Below, in pieces: positions 11,880 to 23,960 of a DNA stretch of 64,000 bases. The position numbers and the translations under genes are program-made. The notes beneath the pieces are model-generated. The model saw only the letters and a list, made by a program, of their open reading frames with translations. It did not search any database and was not told the DNA's origin. Position 1 is the stretch's first letter. Each line of letters begins with the position of its first letter. Source of the stretch: Chlorokybus atmophyticus (taxonomy: Eukaryota; Plantae; Mesostigma and Chlorokybus algae); the NCBI GenBank assembly GCA_009103225.1, contig RHPI01000193.1, positions 216,294 through 280,293 on the forward strand, read 5' to 3'.

Positions 11880-13100
11880 TCTGCCGTGGACGACATTTGC
11901 GAGATGCCATCGTTAAATTTATAAACGGCCATTGGGTAGAAAGCCACATTTATCCCAAGGAGGACGCTATTCGTAACGTCATGTGCTGTGAATGCTTCAT
12001 GACCTCACTACACCGTGACACTGACCAACCTGCCCGTGACAGGTAGTTGGCTTCAACCATGACGACGAGGCCAATGAGGCTAATTTATATGACGTGTATT
12101 GGACGCCCAAGGAGTGCCCTTCCACCAAAAGCGAGAGATGGAGTGTCGCCTTGAAGAAAGCTACACAGGTCTAGTCTGAGAATGTCACCAAGATCCAGCA
12201 TGTCCTTGAAGGAGTACAAGTGGATACTGTTGAACAGCAACAAGCGCAAGCGAGTTGGGTACCTCACCACCATGTTTGCTATGCAACACTGCCTTCTTAC
12301 TCAGCCTCCATACACACGTATGCATCTCGCCTATTGTAACCGATTCAATCAGGCACATTGTCGCCCCAATGGACCCCGAGACTCAAAAAGCCCAGTTGCG
12401 CAACGCACTTCAAAGTAAGTCACCGGCACTATTTTAGCCTAGTGCAGGCTCAACCCGAACTATCTATCGTGACCAATGCCTTGTTGATATGACTCTCGCA
12501 GACAAGTCATGGCGGAAATTTGAGTTGACCGACAATGCAGACCCGAAGCGGAGGAGATACATCCATAAACGGGGCAATCTCATAATCTGGCAAATGATCG
12601 TGCAATGCTGGTCTTACGCCGTTATTACACCTGGTCGCCGGTACTTGACAGTCAACCGCCTCGCATACCTTTTGCTTACGTTGAGCACTCTAAACTGAAT
12701 TTCTAGCAATTCATGAATGCGGTAGCCCCAAACTACAGGCTTGCAGATGCGCTGCAGTGAGTAGTGGCTTATAATGCCACTAAGACATGCCTGTAAACTA
12801 CGCAGGTGGAGCGCATTTTAAAGGGCAAGGATGGATACCCTCTCCTAGCAGCCAGCATTGACACACATGAAAAGTACCTCTGCGAAATCAACATCATGTC
12901 AATAAAGCGGGAGATGAGGCAACAGTACGCAGCCCTCCAGCCATTCACCCTTGTGAAACGCCGCACTGCATTTCTCTGTCGAATACCCCAGAGATCCCAA
13001 TCGGCGCTGGCCGCAAGAGACAGCAGCTCGTAACCCACTCGCTGAGGCAGAAGCGGCATTTGATTGGCTGGCGCAACCGTTCGAAGAGGAGGGAGAGCAA
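11880..13100 (+). pseudogene. Unidentified degenerate multi-exon coding remnant (probably TE-borne)
   Basis: AG/GT-bounded segments reading VVGFNHDDEANEANLYDVYWTPKEC, MDPETQKAQLRNALQ, WRKFELTDNADPKRRRY and VERILKGKDGYPLLAASIDTHEKY. Family not recognised. Confidence 0.3.
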
Positions 13101-13564
13101 GCTCCGGCGTATCCTCTACATTTCCCAGCGCGTAATGGTTTGTTCCGAACAAAGCATTATGGAGTCCATAATGACATGCAAGGCGATAATGGAGTTGAGC
13201 TGTAGCGCAGTTGGTAGTCCGTTTAGCTGGTAGTGTACGCAGCTGCAAGGCTCTTGACTTAGTGTTGTGCATTTTAAACCAGCTCAGTCCATTGTCATTA
13301 TGCTCATGCATGTAACAACTTGCATCTCTATGATATACAACAGAATTGCAAGCAACGCAAGTGACATAATCGAACTAAAGCCTTAGCAAGTGACTGAGAG
13401 ACACTGTACACACCTCAGGTACCTGTACACACCTCAGGCACATAACGATGCTAGCAGTCAGTGGCAGTCGCGTGTAGTCATGTTATGCAAATACATATAA
13501 CGACAGCTAGGCATCAGTCACCTTTAGTTGTTTAAAGAATGCCTTATCTTGTGGACAACTACCT

Positions 13565-13885
13565 AGTTGGTGCTTGTGAATTAGGCTTAGTCGCCTGCGC
13601 TAGACTGGTGTGTAACCTGCAGATGCCTGTCACATAGGCTGAATCACTTAAGCTACACTGGTGTGTAACTTGCAGGTGCTTGTTAATCAGGTATAGTCAC
13701 CTGTTAAGGCCTGATGTGTAACTTACAGGTTCTCGTTTATCAGGTATAGTCACCTGTAAGGCCTGATAAATAACTTACAGGTGCCCGTAAATGAGGTCTA
13801 ATCACTTTCTAAGGACTGATAAGTAACTAACAGGTGCCTGTTAATTAGGCATAGTCAACTATTAAAGATTAAATTGCAACAGGAA
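13565..13885. repeat. ~53-bp minisatellite, 5-6 diverging copies
   Basis: TGTAAC(C/T)T(G/A)CAGG-like core recurring at ~13612, 13665, 13717, 13771, 13823. Confidence 0.8.
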
Positions 13886-15796
13886 GAGCCTGATAGTAAT
13901 AGGCACCAAAGAACTCAATATACAAGCTCAAAATAGTATACAAGGCGACTCTGGTCAACATTGTACTCAGGTCCCTGTATTGAGATTACAGGCGGACTGG
14001 GCCACGACAGTTTAAATGAGTACCTTCAGGTGCACGGCCGTTGTCAATATTTAGTCGACCGGCAGGGGAAACATTTTGCAACGACAGCACCGCCTCTTTA
14101 CGCCTGCCTCCCCTCATGCACACTGCCACCACTGTTTACCTCACCCGGCGATGCCACAATGCCGCCCCCAGCTGCTCCAGCCACATCGTCGCCTCCATCT
14201 GTTTTTGCCATACCGCCGCCGCCGCCTCCGACGCTTTACCAATACCATACCGTGCAGAAGCAACCACTAGCCATAACGTGGAGTGTAGAATGTGAACAGC
14301 AACAATATGCGATCGGCTTGTTGAAAGATTGTGTTGTGTTTGAATTTGTGTTTTTGATCATTGGCCACTCAAAACATGGAGCTTACCATGCGAGAAATAG
14401 ACTAAGCTTGTAGTAAGTAATACCATGACTGTAACAAGATGCATGCAATAATGTATTACTGCATCGGATTGGGGTGTACTACTCACATGCAATTTTCAAT
14501 AATCACTAGTTATCACATATCACTAGTTATCACATAACATAAATTGGTAGTAATACTACTGCAATTACATCGAGTTTGATAATACAGCATATCAAACATA
14601 CATATTAGCAACACTTGCAGTAATTGGTATTTGTAGTATAGAAAGGGGGCGGGGTATAATTACGTTGCTGCAAATAAACAACTATCGTATTTAAAGCATC
14701 ATTGCATATAATAAACATGACTAGACAAAAGCACTTATGTAGCATAATGTTTACCTTAACCTACTGACGGAATGAGAAAAGTCTTAAATTCAATTATGCC
14801 AATGGGAAACGAGCTGCATCGTCATACAATTTGCATTTTATTAGCATGATGCAAGTTAATGTAGATGTTGGCAACACTCATGGTAATTGCATGGTAGTAT
14901 TTATGAATTATACAATCTATCCGATCGTGAATATCCTCAATTACCAATAATACATGAGATAGAAGATATTGCATTTATATAACCACGTGATAAGATGTCG
15001 AGCACGCTTCATTTATACAATTTACAAAAACGGTCTCAGCTTCAAAGCAATACAAACTTTTAATGTGTCTTGTATCATTATTGCTGTGCTGATACAGCAC
15101 ATTTGCTTGTGTTCTCATGCATCGTATATATACACATGAGAACTCATGGTGTTCATTGTCATTATGTAACCGCAGTAATGTGGAGCCATCCAGCAAGCAT
15201 GGGTCACGACATGACACAAGATGCATACAGCGTCTCATGCTTATAGCAATCCGTGGCTTACATAAGCATAAGGGTTGCGTGACTGTCGTCACTACATGTC
15301 TGTCAATGTTCCTGCAAGGTTCTGCGGTGAGGACAACGCCAGTGGCGTGACACCACACTGCACCAAGCGACGAGTCGCAACCACGCAGTGTCTGCGCAAG
15401 CTCGCATGGCATGCTTACTGCTCACTGCATTGAATTTAAACCTCAGGGCAGCAGACTTACGAGGACTCGACTTCTGTACCTCCATCCAATGTCACCTGCT
15501 GCAGCACGCCCCCTACCGAGATTGCTCTAGTCTGGTGCGCTATCATGTAAGCTCGAAACAAAGACTTTGTGCCTAAGTTCCTGATACCCAAATTACCAAT
15601 GCAACATGAGAGGTCGTTTTTATCCAAGTCCCTAGCTGGCCGCACGTGAGTCCGCACCACCACCTCGCAACTCCGCCGGCTTTGTCCGGTGCTATTACCA
15701 GGCAATGCCAATACAACACAGCGTGTAACCTTGTCCAAAGCGGTCACGTTTGTCGCTGTGTCTGGTGTCCTTCGGCGCAGGTGGTGAAGCCGTGAC

Positions 15797-15822
15797 TTAG
15801 GGTTTGGCGTGCATTAGGGTTT
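15797..15822 (+). promoter_or_regulatory. Two telo-boxes (TTAGGGTTT) upstream of the glycosyltransferase gene
   Basis: TTAGGGTTTGGCGT repeated at 15797 and 15814. Confidence 0.55.
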
Positions 15823-15967
15823 GGCGTAGGCGGTGTGGTCGTCGTGGGCGGCGGCGGCGGTGTGGTTGTCGTTGCTGGGGGCGGGGAGTGGCCATTGGCA
15901 CTACACCTCTGCACTAAGCGGATGGCCGGGGCGGGGTAGCGATCGTGATCCGGAGTTGGGCGCTTGG

Positions 15968-18900
15968 ATGGTCTCTGGGGCCCTGGCTAAGGAAGAGCCC
16001 AGGAATAAGAGGAGGAGGGGAGATCAGCTGCTCGGCGCTTATTCTGCAACCTCCTTCGCTGCCGACGACGACGAGAACAGCAGCGACGACATGAACGGGC
16101 CGTCGTCAGGCAGCCTCGCCGCCCGGCGCAATCACGCCGCCGCTGCTGCCGCCGCCGCCGCGTCAGCCTCCGGCAAGTCCTCCAGCTCTGCCCCTTATGG
16201 CTCCCATTTAGGCTCCAGCAGGCAAGCATAAGGGGGGTTGTTATTGCAAGTGCTTATTGCATGCACTTCAGCACAGTACATTGTTCTCTTACCATAAGAG
16301 CAAATCCAGCAGGCATGCAAGTCAATAAGTATGCAGTTATTTCCCTACTTAAATCGTTGTTTCTGTAAGCAGGAGATCAGGGTCACTGCTGACTGGAGTG
16401 GGGCTTGTGGCGGTGGCGCTTATGCTCGCATGGGCCGTCGCATTTATGCCTTTGGAGGTCGTCAATGCTGTCTGGAGAAAACCCTTCCAGGTGCATGTTT
16501 TTCCAAGGTCAAACTGGAATTGCTTGCTCAACATGCAATAATCAATAATCATGCTTGCATTGTTGATCGTAACAATGCAAGCGTTTTGCAGGTGCTGCAA
16601 TTGGGGGATGGAACGCTTTCCCCTTTTGCAGCAGCGAGGCAGGCCAAGTTCTCCAATTGGCAGCGTGTCATGCGCCAAAGCCAGGTAAAAGCCACTGATT
16701 CTGATCTGGTCTTGTGGTAGCTATTTATGAGTGGTATCCATGTTAGTGTCAGATTGTTTCGTATACTGCTGCTGCTGCTGTTGCTGCTGCCGTTGTTGTT
16801 GTTGTTGTTGTTATTGTTGTTGTTGTCGTCGTTGTCATCATTGTAATCTAGTCACAATGTGTTCGTGTGCAGAGTGCAGTTGCGGGGCCGGCAGCATCGG
16901 AGCTGCTGGTGGTGATGGTCCCTAGTGCGGATCATGCGGACCCACCCACCACCACACCCACCGGACGCTCTGAGTTTGTGCGCCGTCGCAAAGTCCGTGA
17001 CGCCGCCTACAAGGTAACTTTGATGATGTGCTCCCATTGGTTTTAAAGGTAGTTTGGATTCCAGAAAGGTTGTCAATGCCATGTTATGTTGTGGGTTATG
17101 TGCTAAGCTCTTGAAATGACTTGTCGTATTCAGTTTGGTTGTCTGCCATGTTTGTTGTGGGTTTGTGTGATTCACTTTCAGATGACTTGTGCTACATAGC
17201 TTGTATATCCAGATTACAGGCAATGGTTATACTGTACAGATTGCTGATGTTGTGCGTACTGCATGGGTGTGCGCGTGCGCACACGCATGCGTGATGTGGT
17301 CCGTTGTGTACCTGTGTTGTGACCTGTCTTTGTTACACTTGGCCCAGAGCTGCCTGCAATGAATTGCAAATGTGGTTTCATATCCTGATCCACAACAGGT
17401 AGGACCTGAGCCGGTGTGGTTGGGAGAGAGCGACATTACTGACCCACTAGTTCTCGCAGACGATAGTTGGTTGCACCTGGTGAGTTGCCGCGTATGCATA
17501 GCTGAACAACATGCCAGAAACTTTGACACGTATGCACTGACACATGTGTGTTTTGCTTCAGACACCCCACATTTATGCCGCGGACGTGCCTGACGTCAAC
17601 CTAACCTCCATTGTGGGCGGGACCGTTGGCGCGGATGCGCGTGAGGTGGCTGTGCTGAAGTACGCCCACAAGTCCCGAGCGGGACAGTTCCAGTGGCTTC
17701 TCCTCGGCGAGTACGACACGTACTTCGTCATCTCCAACATGCGCCCATTCCTAGCTGATCTGGACTCCAACCAGCCTTACTTCATTGGCTTGCCCGCCGA
17801 TAGCAAAGCGCCCGTTTGTCAAGTGACAGATGTGCCGTGCAAGCAAGACGACCCAAAACCGGCTGCGACTGTGACGGGAGCGGGTTACATCATCAGCGCC
17901 GGGCTGTTGAACAGCTTGTCCGATGCAAACTGGCACAGGTGCGCGTGAGTGTTGCACAACTAGAGAAATTCACGTGTGTATGCGCATGCGCTTGCGTGCG
18001 CGCGAATGTGCGCACGAGTACTCCCTGCATGGACACAGATGACACACAGCTTGCGCTGCATGTGGGCAGCATCATGTTCTTGCAATCCGATTTTCATTCA
18101 GTTATTGACACATGTTCTCAACGTCATATAGATGCACGTCGGAGACATTGCCGGCAAATGAGGAGGGAATCAAGCGCATACCAGCCTGCATGGCAGCATT
18201 GGGTTTGGGGCTTACCTCTTTGTCTCCCGGGCTACTAGCAGGCACTCCTTACAACGGCGAACGCACAGGTACACACGCGCACACACATGCACGCGGCTGT
18301 GCACTCATGATACAACCTCACACTCTCGCATGCATGTGCGCATGTGTGGGCGCCACTTCGTTGCATGCAGCAAGAACTAGGGGTCCATGGTTCGTAAGCT
18401 AGCGTAAGCCATGCTCCGGTATCAATATACACTGTGTGTGGCACAGTATTGCACCCTCCTGCCACAAGCCCCTGGCCCAGGCCGCTGAGCTTCCACGGTG
18501 TTGAGGGCTCACCGGCGGACCTTTTCGAGATTGAATCGATGGACAGTCAGGACTCCTTCCCAATCACACCATGCTACAACTTTGTCGCATCTGTCGCACC
18601 GCTGTCATGGAAACCCATGGCATCAAGAGTATGTGCGCTCGTGTTGTGTCATGTGTTAGCGCATGTCTGTGTGCATGTGTGCGCGCACATGCGCGTGTAT
18701 GTGTGCATGTGCGCTAGTTCAAACGCGAACATTTGTTCTTGGCTTTCTAGGAGGGCAGCGAGTTGGGCTTGCAACTTGCTGGACTGACGGGCGCATGGGC
18801 GGTGGCGTATTCGACATGCCGCCACCTGTGGGCCCCATGGATTGGCATGCTGTGGCCGTTTGAAAAGTTCATGCAAGGGGTCAGCCTCCTCGAGGTCGAC

Positions 18901-19918
18901 AGCTATGAGAGCTTTGAGAAGCAGGCCAACCGCGATTCCTTGCAAACTGGTGCGTGGTGTGTGGTTATGTTGTACTTGTTGAAATTACCTGAGCGTTATT
19001 GACATACAAGCGTTGGGGGTGTGCTCCAGTGCAAAGTTTGACTGGTAGCATGCAGTATAGCACACATATGGCAATGCTATACAGTGTGGCTTCTGTCGTC
19101 TTATGGTGGTTGTATAACAGGGCAAGTCCTGGCGTTTGATGAGAAGTTGGGCTCGTCACCCCCGTGGCCAACTGCGGTCTACACGGCATACCGCCTTGAT
19201 CGGTAAGTTTGCCTTCGCATGATGTCTGTGTGTCGAGCACGTAGTTCTTGGCTCCTCATTGCGTGCACGCATGCGCGTGCACGCACACGCACATAATTAT
19301 AGTTAGCATGGAGTTGCCTCTCATTGCAGGTCGGGCGTCTCATTCAACGACTTCAAGGAAACGTATGTGCATCTGGCGGGCAATCTGACCGCTCCAGTAG
19401 AGGTCCAGCAGGAGATCACCAGCAAGCTCTCCGGCATTGAAGACGCCATCGCGTTGGTGCTGAACCAAAAGCTTGCATCTGACTCTGAACGCATCACCAA
19501 CAACACCAACGCTATCATCAGCGAGCTCATTGCTACCAACCCGTCCCAAACCTTCCTCATAATTAGTGAAGGACCTGAGCAAGATGATATCTACGCAAGC
19601 TATATTGCAAACCTTGGAGGGAATGTCATCACCGTGCCGGAAAAGAGCTTGTTGCTTCAGTCTGATGCGGCGAAGTTGCAGCTGATATCGATGTGTGTGG
19701 GCATAATGCAAGCACATTCCGGGAGCAGTTTGGCGGAGTTTGCGTCTATAATGGGCCGCGCACCCATCCTCAACCTCATGTCGGAGAACAGCCGGTACCT
19801 CGAGGGTCCGTTTGGGAGCTCTGTTGGGTTGTTGTTTGAGATGGCCTTCCCATGGGAAGCCAGGCCAGAGTTTATGCGGGCCGTGAAGCATGTGATGTCT
19901 GTGCGCACTTCGTTGTAG
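15968..19918 (+). CDS. Type II membrane glycosyltransferase: GT31/fringe-like domain plus C-terminal fucosyltransferase-like domain (about 11 exons)
   Basis: TM anchor GVGLVAVALMLAWAVAFM (exon from 16373). QWLLLGEYDTYFVISNMRPFLADLDSNQPYFIG, TGAGYIIS, CMAALGLGLT and PLSFHG match GT31. The last exon has FLIISE...KLQLISMCVGIMQAHSGSSLAEFASIMG. Stop at 19916-19918. Start codon and the two small exons at 17.2-17.5 kb are uncertain. Confidence 0.8.
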
Positions 19919-21699
19919 CTTAGTAGTATGTGTTTGTAGATGTAGGAGTATGTGTATACAGATGGTACTCTACATGCGTTACATGTTGCACATGTGTGCA
20001 ATGGTGATATCAGGCACATGGTGGCCTGTATTGGGTTGCAAATGCATGTTTTTTGGTAAGATTGCACGTTGTGCATATTTTACGTACGATCAAGGTGGGG
20101 AAAGTGTAGGTTGTGTGATGTCGCGGTCACATATGTGTTGTTGGTTTGAAGCAACAACGTCTGCATCATCTTGACGTAAATATCGAATGCAGATGTAACA
20201 AGATGTGGGATGTTGATTACAAATACGTGATGACTTGTCATTGCGCACATGTATAGGGTATACATAATAGTCATCCAAGGTCACACACATATTCTCACTT
20301 GCAAATGCTCAACACACCAGAACAAGTTAGCATCAACAAGCCAACACAATCAACACACCTAGCCTGCACCACGCTAAGTGCCCTATGTACGCTGCAATGC
20401 AAGTGTGGAGTACTGCCTTACATACCTTAAGGATCAGCCCCTCAAAGTCGTGTGTTGCTTTCTTCAATGATTGCTGAATATAATGTCATTAACTCAGTAC
20501 GCATTAATCAAGATTTACGCATGGTGTACAGAGCAAAAGCAAAATTTGCTCTCATGGCGGCAACGATTCATGCAAGCATGCATTTTTTGTATGTAAGTGC
20601 TTGAACAAATACTACTTGCACTTACCTACTAGATTTGAGCCCCTAGCTAGCACTCTAGTGTCCATATTTATATATTTATCCGCCAGTCTGGCTTGCTGGA
20701 ATAATCCTGCGCATATAATTCTGCATGTGTGGCATTGCTTAGATACAATATAAATACACTTCAATAACGGATATACTATCATACCTCTTCCCGAAGCACA
20801 CCATTGGTGGCAAGCAACAACGTGCTTGCACAGAGAAGAAATATAATCAATTTTGTACTGAGTAAAGTCCAAAATCGGTGCAATGCTTACGTTATGCATA
20901 TCCTGTAAATTGATTGATTTCAAGTTCTCCCTTCCTATAATATCAACGCCTGAACTAATGAACTATGGCAGCAAAAAGTCGCTGCCATAAGGGGAGCTAC
21001 TTGTCTCATACATGCTCCATGCTTTATATGTTACACTCCATGTATGCACAAACTAGCCGTTTTTAGTGTGCTTAGATGGAGTGCGCAAGAGCTTACATAT
21101 GGTCGTAATTCGGCTGGTGAGAGATATTTCCTGGTGCCGATGTGCATATTTAACATGTGCACACTCCATGTATGGAGTGTGCATACATGGAGGTTAGCCT
21201 GTAGTAAGCAGTTGCCCATATGGCAACTTTATAAATGTGGGTTTGCGTGATCAGCTAAGATCCATAATCCAATGCTGCAAGCTTGCCTTTATAGTGACGT
21301 TGTTGCAACTTGCAACAATATACATTAGTAATGTATATCGAGGCCTAGAGTCAGTACATGTGTTGTAACGAATTACTGTGCTTGCTAAGTGGTTATACAC
21401 TGCACATGCGCACACTATATTGTTATGAGTAAAAAAGCACATTATGTAAGTTAAAGTTACAAAATCATATTGACATACGCGTGCCGCACGCGTGATGGCA
21501 TGTAACGCATGAAAACAAAAAGCCAGTTTGCGGACATATAAGCTGTTAATTATAGGGTGCGAAAGTGAATGTTTGGGCTTGACAGTTGGCAAGATAAAAA
21601 GCTGAATTATGATATGCAACTTATTTCAACTTCAATTCAATCCTAATGATCCCGCTACCATGCTTGTATGGCCGCCCCTGTCACGCCTGTAAGGCTGGC

Positions 21700-22295
21700 A
21701 AAAGTCATTCTCTGTCCCTTACTTAAGTTGATAAGAAGAGACCACGTTGGGACTCGTACTTTACAAGCGTGTGTAGCTCTTGTAGGGTACGCTCTCATGT
21801 AGGTCTGCCCTTGAGCCTATAAATTCTTGAGTATGATAAACCACACAAGGCATTGATGAGGTCTAGCACGGAGCTGGTCATTGCCTACGGCATGTGAGCC
21901 TTTCCTATTGCGAGTATTGCGAGTTGCCACAGACACTGGCAGTTACAAGATTGTAAGCAAAGTTGGCAAACCTCAAGATGTGTACTGTGGTAGTGACATT
22001 TGCCACAGGTGTGACACTTCGCAAGGCAAGTGGTGCTTGTGGGCAATCCGCGAGTATATATGTACTAGGAGAGCCTGAGTTTGTGATTCCAAGGTAGGAA
22101 TGTTAGTCCTGCATTACTCCGAGATGGTTCAATACTCCCGAGGTGGAGTTTGTTGAATCCGATTTGTTGGAACAAGGTCAGCGCATGGTGACAAGGCCTA
22201 AGTAGCCTTGGACATCCTGTGTGCCAGGTCGGGTGAGCAGCATGTGGTATAAATGCCACGTCGCATCCTTAAGTAGGGATTGGATCAGTAGTGAT
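21700..22295 (-). mobile_element. Non-LTR (L1/Tx1-like) retrotransposon 3' remnant
   Basis: Minus strand reads TCLAKCHTCGKCHYHSTHLEVC...WQLAILAIGKAH, resembling the zf-RVT C..C....H....C motif and the following W..W+ARN region. Confidence 0.45.
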
Positions 22296-22304
22296 CAAGA
22301 CATC

Positions 22305-22837
22305 TGTAACGGAAAGCCACATCAAGCTACCCCAAATTGGTCATAAAAGCATCAAGTCTTTTGTGGTCGAGTGGGCTGTGACATTGGTCATCGGAGCTTG
22401 AGACCCGGGTTTAATTCCTGCCTTGCACACAAAATTCGTGGTCGTTGTTTCTCGATCCAATAACATCGTAAATGGTCACTTTATAAGTGCCATCATCGAT
22501 GGGTCGCGACTTGCCTAATGGCAATCGCGCCGAACTGACCAGTTCAGTCGGCGCGGCAGGGTGCGACCTGCCTATCGCGGCGACGCGACCTGTGGGGCCG
22601 GCAGCGGTGCGCTATGCGCGCGTTGACCGGTATAGACCTAAATTTGCCGGTCCTTGGGCGGTGGGGCCGGTGACCGACCCTAATCGGACCCCTGATATGA
22701 GTCCCCTGCTGATGCAAGCCAGCTGCCGAGGACGTTAGCGTTCTTATGTGGGAGGGAATGTAACGGGATGGTACATTAAAATACCACAAATCGACCATAA
22801 AAGCACCAAGTCTTTTGTGGTCGAGTGGGCTGTGACA
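22305..22837 (+). mobile_element. TRIM (terminal-repeat retrotransposon in miniature), 533 bp
   Basis: Two 79-bp LTRs (22305-22383 and 22759-22837; TGTAAC...TGTGACA; 12 mismatches, almost all in the 5' half). PBS TGGTCATCGGAGC at 22385-22397. PPT GGGAGGGAA at 22750-22758. No coding capacity and no TSD seen. Confidence 0.88.
22357..22429 (+). promoter_or_regulatory. tRNA-like 73-nt unit with A and B boxes spanning the LTR, PBS and leader of the TRIM
   Basis: A box TGGTCGAGTGG at 22364. D stem GTCG/TGAC. 4-nt variable loop AGAC. T arm CCGGG-TTTAATT-CCTGC (B box GGTTTAATTCC). The acceptor and anticodon stems do not pair, so this is not a functional tRNA. Confidence 0.6.
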
Positions 22838-22854
22838 TTCTTCGGCAGCGCTGT

Positions 22855-22968
22855 CCAGCTGCCGAGGACGTCAGCGTTTTGACATTGGGGGGAATGTAAC
22901 GGGAAGGTACATCAAATTACCACAAATCGACCATAAGAGCACCAAGTCTTTTATGGTCGAGTGGGCTG
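22855..22968 (+). mobile_element. Third, tandem TRIM fragment (3' internal region, PPT and truncated LTR)
   Basis: CCAGCTGCCGAGGACG...GGGGGGAA then TGTAACGGGAAGG... from 22895, ending at GGGCTG. Confidence 0.85.
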
Positions 22969-22972
22969 AGAA

Positions 22973-23235
22973 GAAGAATGTCACAACCCACTCGACCACA
23001 AAAGACTTCGTGCTTTTATGGTCGATTTGTGGTAATTTGATGTACCATCCCGTTACATTCCCTCCCACTTAAGAACGCTAACGTCCTCGGCAGCTGGCTC
23101 CCATAAGCTGGGGAATCATCCCAGGGGTCCGATTAGCGTCGGTCACCGGTCCCACCACCCAAGGACCGGCAAATTTAGGTCCATACCGGTCAACGCGCGC
23201 ATAGCGCACCGCTGCCGGCCCCACAGGTCGCGTCG
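22973..23235 (-). mobile_element. Inverted copy of the TRIM 3' half (fourth LTR at 22979-23057)
   Basis: Reverse complement of 22581-22843, including the TTCTTC flank beyond the LTR. Confidence 0.9.
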
Positions 23236-23239
23236 AGAA

Positions 23240-23960
23240 GCATTGCAAGGACCTTGATGCTGTCGATGATACAAAAACTCATACAACATGAGTGACCATA
23301 AGCCTAACATAACCAATCATGACATGAGAGTGTCGGAAGTGCGTCTCAGGCAAATCATTCCGCAACAGCTTCCTTTGTGTGCCCCTTAATCACGTGACCA
23401 CGCTCTCTGCCGCGTGCGGCCCTAACCTCCGCAATAGGCCGAGCTGTACGGCAATCACACGCATCGCATGATTGGCATCACTTAGGCTCGTGCGCCGGTT
23501 AGAGCCCCTCCTGTTAAGAATACTCCGCCCTCTGACCTTGGTTGCTGGTACGTAACTCAACCAGCTACCTCGCCCGCAGCAGTGCAGTTACAGGATGAAA
23601 TGGAGGTAGAATCACGTTAAATGCTTCTCCCGTGTACGTGCCCTGAGTCCGACATTGTGCCGCGTGGGATTAGAGTACAACAGTCGCATAAAGGTAGGGT
23701 TACAGGCGTAGCACGCACCGCGGCCGGATACCTTTTATGCAACACGTGCGCGAGGCCCTTGCATGCTACAACGCGACACGGCTCATGCACCTACACCGCC
23801 CAAAACGGAAATCGCAGGCTGAGAGCCTGGGTTCGTGGTTTCACCTAAACCTACAGGTCATATTGCCTATTGCAACCAGTCATAGGCTTTCCATAAAGCA
23901 ATGCACTACCCGCCCATGCTTCGGACATGTCCGTGCTGTGCCTTTGTGAGTCAAGGCAAT
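23240..23960 (-). mobile_element. Upstream part of the same LINE remnant
   Basis: Decayed IGLP, SMGG and QQPRSEGGV, resembling the L1 YLGLP, LS.GGR and PK..GGLG motifs. Confidence 0.4.

Noticed and set aside
13565-13885. CRISPR-like array
   Set aside because: The whole unit is degenerate with no unique spacers, there are no cas genes, and the context is eukaryotic.
20964-20989. TATGGCAGC-N8-GCTGCCATA hairpin
   Set aside because: An isolated 9-bp stem with no supporting context.
22357-22429. Functional tRNA gene (anticodon position reads TCG)
   Set aside because: The acceptor stem does not pair, the anticodon stem is mostly mismatched, position 33 is not U, and the T loop is mutated. Kept only as a tRNA-derived promoter.
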